Of a stretch of DNA of 54,492 nucleotides, positions 47,188 through 54,492 are shown piece by piece (positions within the stretch are counted from its first letter, which is position 1; the number at the start of each line of letters is the position of its first letter). The notes under the pieces were generated by a model. It saw nothing but the letters and a program-made list of their open reading frames with translations, was not told where the DNA came from and ran no database searches. This DNA is from an uncultured Mycoplasmatota bacterium. GTDB taxonomy: Bacteria; Bacillota_I; Bacilli_A; RF39; UBA660. Both the position numbers and the translations under genes were made by a program. The DNA is taken from NCBI GenBank assembly GCA_900547995.1, contig URIY01000003.1, forward strand, positions 1 to 54,492, read 5' to 3'.

Positions 47188-48882
47188 ATGAAAAAATATG
47201 TTATCAGTACAATAATTTTAAGTATTATCTTTATTCTTCTTTTACTTGGATCATATTTATTTAATGATGACAAGATAAAAAATAATGTTACTAAGGGATT
47301 GGATAATTATAATTTTTTAGATAATGAAAAATATGGTAATAGGATTGATAATTATACAGATATGATTATTCTTAATGTTATAACATATAATTCTAATAAT
47401 TCCTCTTTAAAAAGAGCGTTTGGCAATGAATATGGTATTTTATATGTAGATAAGTATGGTGATAAAGAAATATATTGGAATCAATATGAAAATTTAAGAA
47501 GTTCTTTGACAAATACAAATGATGATTCTCTTTTTTATGGTAGATATTGGCATGGGTATCAAACAATACTAAGACCATTATTATCTATATTTACATATGA
47601 ACAATCATTAATTTTTCTATCTATTATTGGATATATACTTATAATTTTATCTTGTATATTAGTTTATCTAAAACTTGGATTAAAAGTATTAATTGCGTAT
47701 ATTTTAAGTTTAATATCACTTAATATATATGTAATTAGTACGTGCTACCAATATTTCTTTTCAATGATTTTAATGATTATATTTAATATTGTCATATTGT
47801 TTAAATATAAAAAGGGTAGTAATTATTGTTTCTATTTCTATCTATTTGGTGCAATTTCAGCATATTTACTATACTTTAGTTTTCCACTTATAACGATAAG
47901 TTTTCCACTATTAATTCTTTTATTATTAAAATATAAAGATGGGGATATTCAAAAGTATAAAGAAAATATTGTTTTAGTTTTTAAATGCTCTTTATTTTGG
48001 CTTATAGGTTATATTTTATTTTATATATTAAAATGGATATTTAGTACAATATTTGTTTCTACTAATTTTATAGAAGATGCACTTTTATCTGTTAATCAAA
48101 GATTAGGTATTGTTTTTTCTTTTAAATATTTAGATGTTTTAAAACTTAACTTAGTAGAATTTTTTAACCATAAATTTAATATTCTTTTCTTAATTATTTC
48201 TATTGTTTTAATTATCATTAATTTAAGAAAAAATACATTAAATAAATTAAAAATTATTTCTCCTATTTTTCTTATTGGTATGATGCCATTTGTATGGATG
48301 TTTATTTGTAATAATCATAGTGCTGTTCATTATTGGATGATATCTAGAATATTATCTATTACAATATTTTCTTTTATGATAATTGGTATTGTATTATTGG
48401 AAAATAGAAAATGTAATAATATTGAAAAACTAAACTTAAATGATTATTATCTTCCATTATCAACTATATTGTTTATCCTTTTATATAAAGTTAGTTTTAT
48501 CTTTATCATCCTTGATGTAATTTTAATTATCATTTTAAAACCAAACAAAAATGTAAAGTATTTTGAATTAATATTAATTATAATAAGTTGTTTTATTTTT
48601 AGTAATAAGATTATAAATAAAAGGCAATTTCAAAATAAAGATTTTTATGTGAATGTTTATAATGAACTTTATCATAAAGTAAAATATTATGGATATGATT
48701 ATATAAAGAATAATACGATAAATGAAGAGGAAAAGATAGATATTAGAGATTTAATTACAGATATAAATCCTGATAGTGTTTTCTTACTTAGTTGTGATGG
48801 TTATGCGATTATAGATAATAATGATGTAACGCCTTATATAAACTGTAATAATGTTGCGGTAACTGATGGATATCAAAAATAA
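47188..48882 (+). CDS. Large polytopic membrane protein (564 aa), function unknown
   Basis: AAGGAGG RBS. More than 10 TM helices. An extracytoplasmic first loop (...GRYWHGYQT...) and a soluble C-terminal tail. Confidence 0.6.
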   Translation: MKKYVISTIILSIIFILLLLGSYLFNDDKIKNNVTKGLDNYNFLDNEKYGNRIDNYTDMIILNVITYNSNNSSLKRAFGNEYGILYVDKYGDKEIYWNQYENLRSSLTNTNDDSLFYGRYWHGYQTILRPLLSIFTYEQSLIFLSIIGYILIILSCILVYLKLGLKVLIAYILSLISLNIYVISTCYQYFFSMILMIIFNIVILFKYKKGSNYCFYFYLFGAISAYLLYFSFPLITISFPLLILLLLKYKDGDIQKYKENIVLVFKCSLFWLIGYILFYILKWIFSTIFVSTNFIEDALLSVNQRLGIVFSFKYLDVLKLNLVEFFNHKFNILFLIISIVLIIINLRKNTLNKLKIISPIFLIGMMPFVWMFICNNHSAVHYWMISRILSITIFSFMIIGIVLLENRKCNNIEKLNLNDYYLPLSTILFILLYKVSFIFIILDVILIIILKPNKNVKYFELILIIISCFIFSNKIINKRQFQNKDFYVNVYNELYHKVKYYGYDYIKNNTINEEEKIDIRDLITDINPDSVFLLSCDGYAIIDNNDVTPYINCNNVAVTDGYQK

Positions 48883-48940
48883 AAAAAAGATTATATAATT
48901 ATTTATCGAAATAAGTGGTATAATTATGATAGGTGAGAGT

Positions 48941-50050
48941 ATGTCAAGAAAGAAAAAGAAAAAAATAATTAGATTTGATCGATTAATAGTACTTGTATTA
49001 TTTATTTGTTTGGTTATGTATGGTGCTTATTATGTAATATTTTCATTTGGTAAAGGATTAAATAATAATAAAAATAAAAATGAATTATCTAAATTAGGCT
49101 TTAATGATGTAGAAATATCTAATATAGAAAAAGACTTATCAAAAGAAAAAATAGATATGTTAGTATCTATAAATGATAAAGATATTATTAGTGCTTTTAT
49201 AAATAGTGATGATTTTGATAGTGATATGCTTGATAGTTATATAAATTTTTATAATAAAAATAAAGATGTATCACCAAACAATATTATAAAAGTAGTTAAT
49301 AATAATATTGATACCATTAGTGACTTTGTATATGATGATATCATTATTAATTTAATTGATGAAAAATATTTTATTAAAGATAATACCGTAAGATATATTA
49401 ATTATTATCATGATAATAATTCTTTATCATCTTCTGATATTGTTACTAATGTAAATAGTAATCTTGATTATGATTTTTATACTAATACTAAATCGGCTGA
49501 TTTATCAAAGGGTAACCTTATTTTAGTTAACAAATTTTATTCTTTGGATAAAGATTATGAACCTGAAGATTTAGTTAAAATAGAATCTGATTATACATCA
49601 TGGGGTGGATATTTAAAAAGTGATGCTTATGAAGCCTTTAAAAAAATGGTAGATGCTGCATATGAAGATGATATTACATTATATTCTGTATCACCATATA
49701 GAAGTTACCAAACACAAAATGGATTATATGAAGGATATGCTAGTCGTGATGGCTATACAAAAGCAGATACTTATTCAGCAAGACCAGGGTATTCTGAGCA
49801 TCAAACAGGACTTGCAGTAGATATAAATTCAACGGATGATTCATTTGCTTATACAAAAGAGGCTAAATGGTTATTTAAAAATGCATATAAATATGGTTTC
49901 ATTTTAAGATATCCAGAAGGTAAGGAATATATTACAGGATATCAATATGAACCATGGCATTATCGCTATGTTGGTAAGGAAATTGCTAAAGAAATATATG
50001 ATTTAGATATTACGTATGAAGAATATTATGCATATTATATTGCTAAATAA
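48941..50050 (+). CDS. VanY/M15B-family D-alanyl-D-alanine carboxypeptidase (paralogue 3) with an extended N-terminal region
   Basis: SEHQTGLAVDIN, YGFILRYPEGKE and EPWHYRYVG are present. ATG 48941 (MSRKKKKK, TM) follows AGGTGAGAG. Confidence 0.85.
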   Translation: MSRKKKKKIIRFDRLIVLVLFICLVMYGAYYVIFSFGKGLNNNKNKNELSKLGFNDVEISNIEKDLSKEKIDMLVSINDKDIISAFINSDDFDSDMLDSYINFYNKNKDVSPNNIIKVVNNNIDTISDFVYDDIIINLIDEKYFIKDNTVRYINYYHDNNSLSSSDIVTNVNSNLDYDFYTNTKSADLSKGNLILVNKFYSLDKDYEPEDLVKIESDYTSWGGYLKSDAYEAFKKMVDAAYEDDITLYSVSPYRSYQTQNGLYEGYASRDGYTKADTYSARPGYSEHQTGLAVDINSTDDSFAYTKEAKWLFKNAYKYGFILRYPEGKEYITGYQYEPWHYRYVGKEIAKEIYDLDITYEEYYAYYIAK

Positions 50051-50053
50051 AAT

Positions 50054-50078
50054 AAACTACTTTTTAAAGTAGTTTTCT
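50054..50078. terminator. Bidirectional terminator hairpin between the convergent VanY-3 and SspI-like genes
   Basis: AAACTACTTT / AAAGTAGTTT inverted repeat followed by T residues. It contains the last codons of the minus-strand gene. Confidence 0.6.
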
Positions 50079-50266
50079 AATGTATTTAAAATATACTCTT
50101 GGTTTTCTTCATCACTTTTTTTCCACAGTATTTCAAAAAAAACACCTAATCCAGGTAAAGTAATTTCCTCGTTATCTTCAATTGATGAACTAATAGATGC
50201 TTTTATTTCATCTTTTTTAGCATCATTAAAATTATTAATAATATTTTTTCTAATATCAATATTCAT
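50057..50266 (-). CDS. sspI: Small acid-soluble spore protein SspI family
   Basis: MNIDIRKNIINN...ITLPGLGVFFEILW...LNTLE parallels B. subtilis SspI (...KMLPGLGVLFEVIW...LKTLE) as I recall it. Confidence 0.65.
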   Translation of the reverse strand: MNIDIRKNIINNFNDAKKDEIKASISSSIEDNEEITLPGLGVFFEILWKKSDEENQEYILNTLENYFKK

Positions 50267-50286
50267 AAATATCTTCCTTTCTTTAA

Positions 50287-50315
50287 TATAATGTATAATT
50301 TATATAATTTTATAC
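50287..50315 (-). promoter_or_regulatory. Forespore sigma-G/sigma-F-type promoter upstream of the sspI-like gene
   Basis: On the minus strand: GTATA (50315-50311), 17-nt spacer, CATTATA (50293-50287). This fits GHATR-N17/18-CATnnTA. The RBS AAAGGAAG lies downstream. Confidence 0.4.
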
Positions 50316-50361
50316 AATTTACAAATGACAATAATTTAGATATAATGATAAAGGTGATGAT

Positions 50362-52512
50362 ATGAACAGTGATATAGTTAAACAAATAGGAATTGAATTA
50401 AATTTAGATGAAAAAAAGATTATAAATGTTTTATCTTTATTAGAAGAAGGTAATACTATACCATTTATTGCTAGATATCGAAAAGAAGCAACTGGTAATA
50501 TGGATGAAGATAATATAAAAAGAATAAATGAATATTATGAATATCAGGTTAATCTTTTAAAAAGAAAAGAAGATGTTATTAGATTAATTGATGAAAAAGG
50601 TCTAATGACAGATGAATTAAAAGAAAAAATATTAGGTGCAAGTAAACTAGTTGAGGTTGAAGATTTATATAGACCATATAAGGAAAAGAAAAAAACAAAA
50701 GCAACGGATGCGATTAATAATGGATTAGAACCACTTGCTAAACAGATTATGTCCTTTCCATTAAATGGCTCATTTGATGAACTTGCAAAAAAGTATATAA
50801 ATGATAACGTAAAAACGACTTTAGATGCCGTTAGTGGTGCTAAATATATTATTGCAGAGTGGATAAGTGATAATGCATATTATCGTAAATGGATAAGAAC
50901 TTACATTTATCGTAATGGTAATATATCTTCTTCTATTAAAAAAACAGCTAATGATGAGGCTAAAACATATGAAATGTATTATAATTATACAGAACCTTTA
51001 AAAACGGTAAAACCACATAGAGTTCTTGCTTTAAATAGAGGAGAAAAGGAAAAAATATTAACGGTAAATATTGATATAGATGAAGAAAAAATAATTAATT
51101 ATTTAAAAGAAAAAATAATTAAGAATGATAAATCTTTTGTATGTGATGAGGTCATTGATTCAATAAAAGATAGTTATAAAAGATTAATTTTTCCATCCAT
51201 TGAAAGAGAAATAAGAAGTGATTTATCTGAGAAAGCTGATGAAGTTGCTATTGACAATTTTGGTAAAAATTTAGAGTCTTTACTTTTACAACCGCCGATT
51301 AGAGAAAAACAAGTTCTTGCTTTTGATCCAGGATTTGTAAATGGGTGTAAACTGGCTGTAATTGATAAGACTGGTAAATATTTAACTTCTACTATTATAA
51401 AGCCATTTTGTAATAATGATAAATATTTGGAACAAAGTAAGGCTATTTTACTTGATTTAATAAAGAAATATAATATTGATATTATTGCTATAGGAAATGG
51501 TACGGCATCAAGAGAAAGTGAAAAATTGTGTGCTGATTTAATAAAAGAAAATAATCTAAGTTGTAAATATGTAATTGTTTCGGAAGCAGGAGCATCAATA
51601 TATAGTACAGAAAAGGTGGCTAGTGATGAATTTCCTAATCTTTCTCCTAATGAAAGAAGTGCAGTTAGTATTGGAAGAAGACTTCAAGATCCTCTTGCTG
51701 AACTTGTTAAAATTCCACCTGATGGTATAGGTGTTGGTTTGTATCAACATGATGTTTCACAGAGTAGGTTAAAAGAAAGTTTGGATTTTGTAGTGTCTAA
51801 AGTTGTAAATAGTGTAGGTGTTAATATTAATACTGCTTCACCATCATTACTTAAATATGTATCAGGTATTAATAAGAAAAATATTGATAAAATCATAGAT
51901 TATCGTGAAGAAAATGGTAAAATAAATTCACGAGATGAGATTAAGAAAAAGAAATTACTTGGTGATAAGGCATATGAACAAGCAATAGGCTTTCTTAGAA
52001 TTACAGATGGTAATAATATTTTAGATAGCACTGGTATTCATCCTGAGAGTTATAGTGTTGCAACCAATTTATTAAAAGAACTAAATGTTAGTTTAGATGA
52101 TGTTGGATCACAAAAGATGATAGATGCTTTAGATAACATTGATATAAATAAATATGTTAGTATTTTAGGCACAGATATTTATACTTTAGAAGATGTCATC
52201 AATTCCTTAAAAAGACCTAATAGAGATCCAAGAGATGAAATGCCTCAACCAATTTTAAAAAGTGATGTCTTAGATATAAAAGATTTAAAAGTAGGAATGA
52301 AACTTCAAGGTACTGTAAGAAATGTTGTTGATTTTGGTGCTTTTATTGATATAGGGTTACATAATGATGGCCTTGCTCACATTTCAAAACTAAGTAATAG
52401 TTATATTAAACACCCTAGTGATGTTGTAAATGTTGGGGATATTGTTGATTGTTATGTAGATGAAATTTATTTAGATAAAGAAAAAGTATCTTTAAGTTTA
52501 ATAAAAAAATAG
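50362..52512 (+). CDS. tex: Tex-family RNA-binding transcription accessory protein
   Basis: Tex N-terminal HTH (IPFIARYRKE), a YqgF/RuvC-like region, HhH motifs and a C-terminal S1 domain (GTVRNVVDFGAFIDIG...HIS). Confidence 0.9.
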   Translation: MNSDIVKQIGIELNLDEKKIINVLSLLEEGNTIPFIARYRKEATGNMDEDNIKRINEYYEYQVNLLKRKEDVIRLIDEKGLMTDELKEKILGASKLVEVEDLYRPYKEKKKTKATDAINNGLEPLAKQIMSFPLNGSFDELAKKYINDNVKTTLDAVSGAKYIIAEWISDNAYYRKWIRTYIYRNGNISSSIKKTANDEAKTYEMYYNYTEPLKTVKPHRVLALNRGEKEKILTVNIDIDEEKIINYLKEKIIKNDKSFVCDEVIDSIKDSYKRLIFPSIEREIRSDLSEKADEVAIDNFGKNLESLLLQPPIREKQVLAFDPGFVNGCKLAVIDKTGKYLTSTIIKPFCNNDKYLEQSKAILLDLIKKYNIDIIAIGNGTASRESEKLCADLIKENNLSCKYVIVSEAGASIYSTEKVASDEFPNLSPNERSAVSIGRRLQDPLAELVKIPPDGIGVGLYQHDVSQSRLKESLDFVVSKVVNSVGVNINTASPSLLKYVSGINKKNIDKIIDYREENGKINSRDEIKKKKLLGDKAYEQAIGFLRITDGNNILDSTGIHPESYSVATNLLKELNVSLDDVGSQKMIDALDNIDINKYVSILGTDIYTLEDVINSLKRPNRDPRDEMPQPILKSDVLDIKDLKVGMKLQGTVRNVVDFGAFIDIGLHNDGLAHISKLSNSYIKHPSDVVNVGDIVDCYVDEIYLDKEKVSLSLIKK

Positions 52513-52540
52513 CTATTAGAGTTCACTAATAGCTTTTTTA
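52503..52540. terminator. Bidirectional terminator between tex and ldh
   Basis: AGCTATTAG / CTAATAGCT hairpin flanked by an A run and a T run. It overlaps both stop codons. Confidence 0.7.
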
Positions 52541-53421
52541 ATTATATCTGCTGATTTTTGTAGTTTACTTTTTTCTTCATCTGTGAGTGGTAATTTTATA
52601 TTTCTAACAATACCATTTCTATTTAAAATAGCTGGTTTACCAATAAAGATATTATTATCTTTATCATATGTAGAAACTGTTATAATACTATTTTCATCTC
52701 CTAAGATAGCATTTGTAATTCTTGTTAAACACATACCAATTCCATAATATGTTGCTCCCTTGCGATTAATAATTTCATATGCTGCATCTCTAACATTTAC
52801 ATATATGTTATCAAGTTCATCTTGACTTAAATAATCAGTAATTTTTTCTACACCTACATTGGCAAGACTCCAAGGAATAAATTCTGAGTCACCGTGTTCA
52901 CCAATAACGTAGGCATGAATATTTTTGGGATTAACATTCAATTTTTCACTTAGCATATATCTTAATCTAGATGTATCCAAACTTGTACCAGATCCTATTA
53001 CTTGATTTACTGGTAAACCAGAGTATTTCCAAGTTATATATGTCATAATATCAAGAGGATTAGTAGCAACTAAGAAAATTCCATTAAATCCTGTTTTCAT
53101 TATCTTACTAATAATATCTTTAAATATAACGCTATTTTTATGAATTAAATCCATTCTTGTTTCACCAGGATTTTGATTAGCACCAGCTGCAATACAAATA
53201 ATACTTGCATCTGTGCAATCTTCGTAGTTACCTGCTTTTATAGTAAGTTTAGAAGGGCCAAATGGTAAACAGTGGTTTAAATCCATTACTTCTCCTTCAA
53301 CTTTTTTCATATTTAAATCAATTAAAACAAGTTCTTGAATATTTGTTTTTTGATTAACTATGCAATAAGCATAACTCATACCGACATTTCCACATCCTAT
53401 TATAACAACTTTATTTTTCAT
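52516..53421 (-). CDS. ldh: L-lactate dehydrogenase (or a closely related L-2-hydroxyacid dehydrogenase)
   Basis: NAD-binding VVIIGCGNVG...LIDL. Catalytic region GEHGDSE. AGGAGG RBS. At 301 aa it is slightly short for Ldh. Confidence 0.8.
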   Translation of the reverse strand: MKNKVVIIGCGNVGMSYAYCIVNQKTNIQELVLIDLNMKKVEGEVMDLNHCLPFGPSKLTIKAGNYEDCTDASIICIAAGANQNPGETRMDLIHKNSVIFKDIISKIMKTGFNGIFLVATNPLDIMTYITWKYSGLPVNQVIGSGTSLDTSRLRYMLSEKLNVNPKNIHAYVIGEHGDSEFIPWSLANVGVEKITDYLSQDELDNIYVNVRDAAYEIINRKGATYYGIGMCLTRITNAILGDENSIITVSTYDKDNNIFIGKPAILNRNGIVRNIKLPLTDEEKSKLQKSADIIKKAISEL

Positions 53422-53479
53422 TAATATAACCTCCTATAATAAGAATACAATAATTATTTGTATGTTTCAAGATAAAAAC

Positions 53480-53503
53480 GAAAAAACACCATAAAGGTGT
53501 TTA
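53480..53503 (-). terminator. Terminator downstream of tRNA-Lys
   Basis: On the minus strand: AAACACC-tttat-GGTGTTT followed by TTTT. Confidence 0.65.
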
Positions 53504-53512
53504 GTTTCTAAA

Positions 53513-53588
53513 TGGTGTCCTCTTGGGGGCTCGAACCCCAGACCCACTGATTAAGAGTCAGTTGCTCTACCAACTGAGCTAAGAAGAC
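53513..53588 (-). tRNA. tRNA-Lys (anticodon CUU), CCA encoded
   Basis: The reverse complement GTCTTCTTAGCTCAGTTGGTAGAGCAACTGACTCTTAATCAGTGGGTCTGGGGTTCGAGCCCCCAAGAGGACACCA folds as a cloverleaf. The anticodon arm is ACTGA-CTCTTAA-TCAGT and the T-loop is GGTTCGAGCCC. Confidence 0.9.
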
Positions 53589-53605
53589 ATTAAATCAACA
53601 AAAAC

Positions 53606-53633
53606 ATTATAACACATATTCTATAAAATTCAA
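53606..53633 (-). promoter_or_regulatory. Putative sigma-A promoter for tRNA-Lys
   Basis: On the minus strand: TTGAAT (53633-53628), 16-nt spacer, TGtTATAAT (-10 at 53611-53606). Confidence 0.4.
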
Positions 53634-53640
53634 ATAAAAA

Positions 53641-53680
53641 GTATAAAAAAAAGAAAAAAAGTATAAAAAAAAGAAAAAAA
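53641..53680. repeat. Two perfect tandem 20-nt A-rich units
   Basis: GTATAAAAAAAAGAAAAAAA occurs twice (53641-53660 and 53661-53680), followed by a partial GAAAAAAAGTGTA. Confidence 0.9.
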
Positions 53681-53798
53681 GAAAAAAAGTGTAACTATTC
53701 AGACTTATAAAATCAAAAGAGTGTAAAAGTGGTATAAAAAATACTGCTTTTTTGTTTGAATTATGAGATACTAATAATGTTAAAGGATAGTGATTTAA

Positions 53799-54492
53799 AT
53801 GCGTAAAGGTATTACAAATGATATGTTTAAACAATTAGAAGAGATATCTATCAAGCTAGATAAATCTTTAAATGAGATTAACGAGCAATCACTAATCATA
53901 TACGAACTTAGATTAGAAATAAAAAGATACGAAGAAGAATCAAAAAAAGATAAAGAACTTATAAAAAAATTGATTGAAGAAAATGAAAAGTTAAAAAATC
54001 ACAATAATAAAAATAGTAATAATTCTAGTAAACCAACTTCAACTAATACTGTTACACCTAAGAAAAAAACAGGTGCCAATTTATATAACTATCGCGTTAA
54101 AACTGGTAATAGTAAAGGCGGTCAATACAATCACCAAGGATATAATTTAAGAAAAAAGACGCCGAAAAATTAATTGAAGAAAATAAAATAGAGGTAAGAG
54201 AAATTACTCATATAATAAAAGGTGATTCTAAGAAAAACATTAGTAAAGTATAGATATGAATTAGAAATTAAACCATATATTGAAAGACATGTATTTAAAT
54301 ACGAAGAAAATTTACCAAAGGAATTTTATACAGACGTAACATATGGCAATAGTATAAAAGCTTTATCAATACATTTAGGTTGTTATAATATAATTGCTTA
54401 TAATAGATTAAGTGATTTCTTTAGTGTGATATCAAATAATATATTAAATATTTCTAATGACACACTCGTAAATTTTGTTAAGGTTTTTGGAA
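53799..54492 (+). pseudogene. IS66-family transposase, frameshifted and window-truncated
   Basis: N-terminal leucine-zipper-like region, then NSSKPTS...GGQYNHQGYNL (compare IS66 NSSKPPS...GGQPGHxG). The reading frame shifts at the A run 54152-57 and returns near 54243. It then continues ...YGNSIKALSIHLGCYNIIAYNRLSDFF...ISNDTLVNF to the window edge. Confidence 0.65.

Noticed and set aside
53641-53680. The A-rich 20-nt tandem duplication as an att site or IS terminal repeat.
   Set aside because: No matching partner sequence was found in the window. It is low-complexity poly-A/T that could arise by slippage. I kept it only as a repeat feature.
53607-53834. A 75-aa minus-strand ORF across the A-rich repeat region.
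   Set aside because: It translates poly-T/A low-complexity sequence (FFFFL...). It overlaps the tRNA promoter region and the IS66 remnant start, and there is no RBS.

Overview
54.5 kb of very AT-rich chromosome (GC roughly mid-20s % by eye), apparently from a low-GC Gram-positive (Bacillota) spore-former, since CotD-like and SspI-like genes are present. I did not attempt a finer taxonomic call. Most genes are housekeeping and lie on the + strand: polA, a CDF transporter, a PP-loop protein coupled to murD, serS, mutM, ruvA-tdk-ruvB-queA, miaA, RNase J (-), ftsY, ylxM, ffh, tex, ldh (-) and tRNA-Lys(CUU) (-).

The strongest candidate for an undescribed system is a compact five-gene operon at 29561-35701. 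It is tightly packed, with two ATGA overlaps. It sits exactly between ylxM and ffh, which are normally adjacent in the SRP operon. It encodes:
- a HerA/DUF87-type ATPase with a HAS-barrel-like N-terminus and Walker A and B motifs;
- a 130-aa protein of unknown function;
- a 640-aa coiled-coil protein whose C-terminus resembles a RelE/ParE-type toxin fold;
- a ~595-aa helical-repeat protein;
- a 97-aa protein resembling one unit of that repeat.
I see no SIR2, DUF4297 or NurA partner and no integrase.

Other notable content:
- Two accessory cassettes are each bracketed by a duplicated terminator hairpin. A DUF4116-repeat gene is flanked by a perfect 32-nt direct repeat, and a mazEF-like toxin-antitoxin pair by an imperfect ~31-33-nt repeat.
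- A cell-envelope island carries a 1195-aa thioester-domain adhesin with three near-identical 294-nt tandem repeats, its own sortase, a PBP5-type carboxypeptidase, two large polytopic membrane proteins and three VanY/M15B paralogues.
- A frameshifted IS66-family transposase remnant lies next to the tRNA.

No CRISPR array, rRNA or riboswitch was recognised. All product calls rest on motif recognition by eye and memory of protein families; no database search was run.
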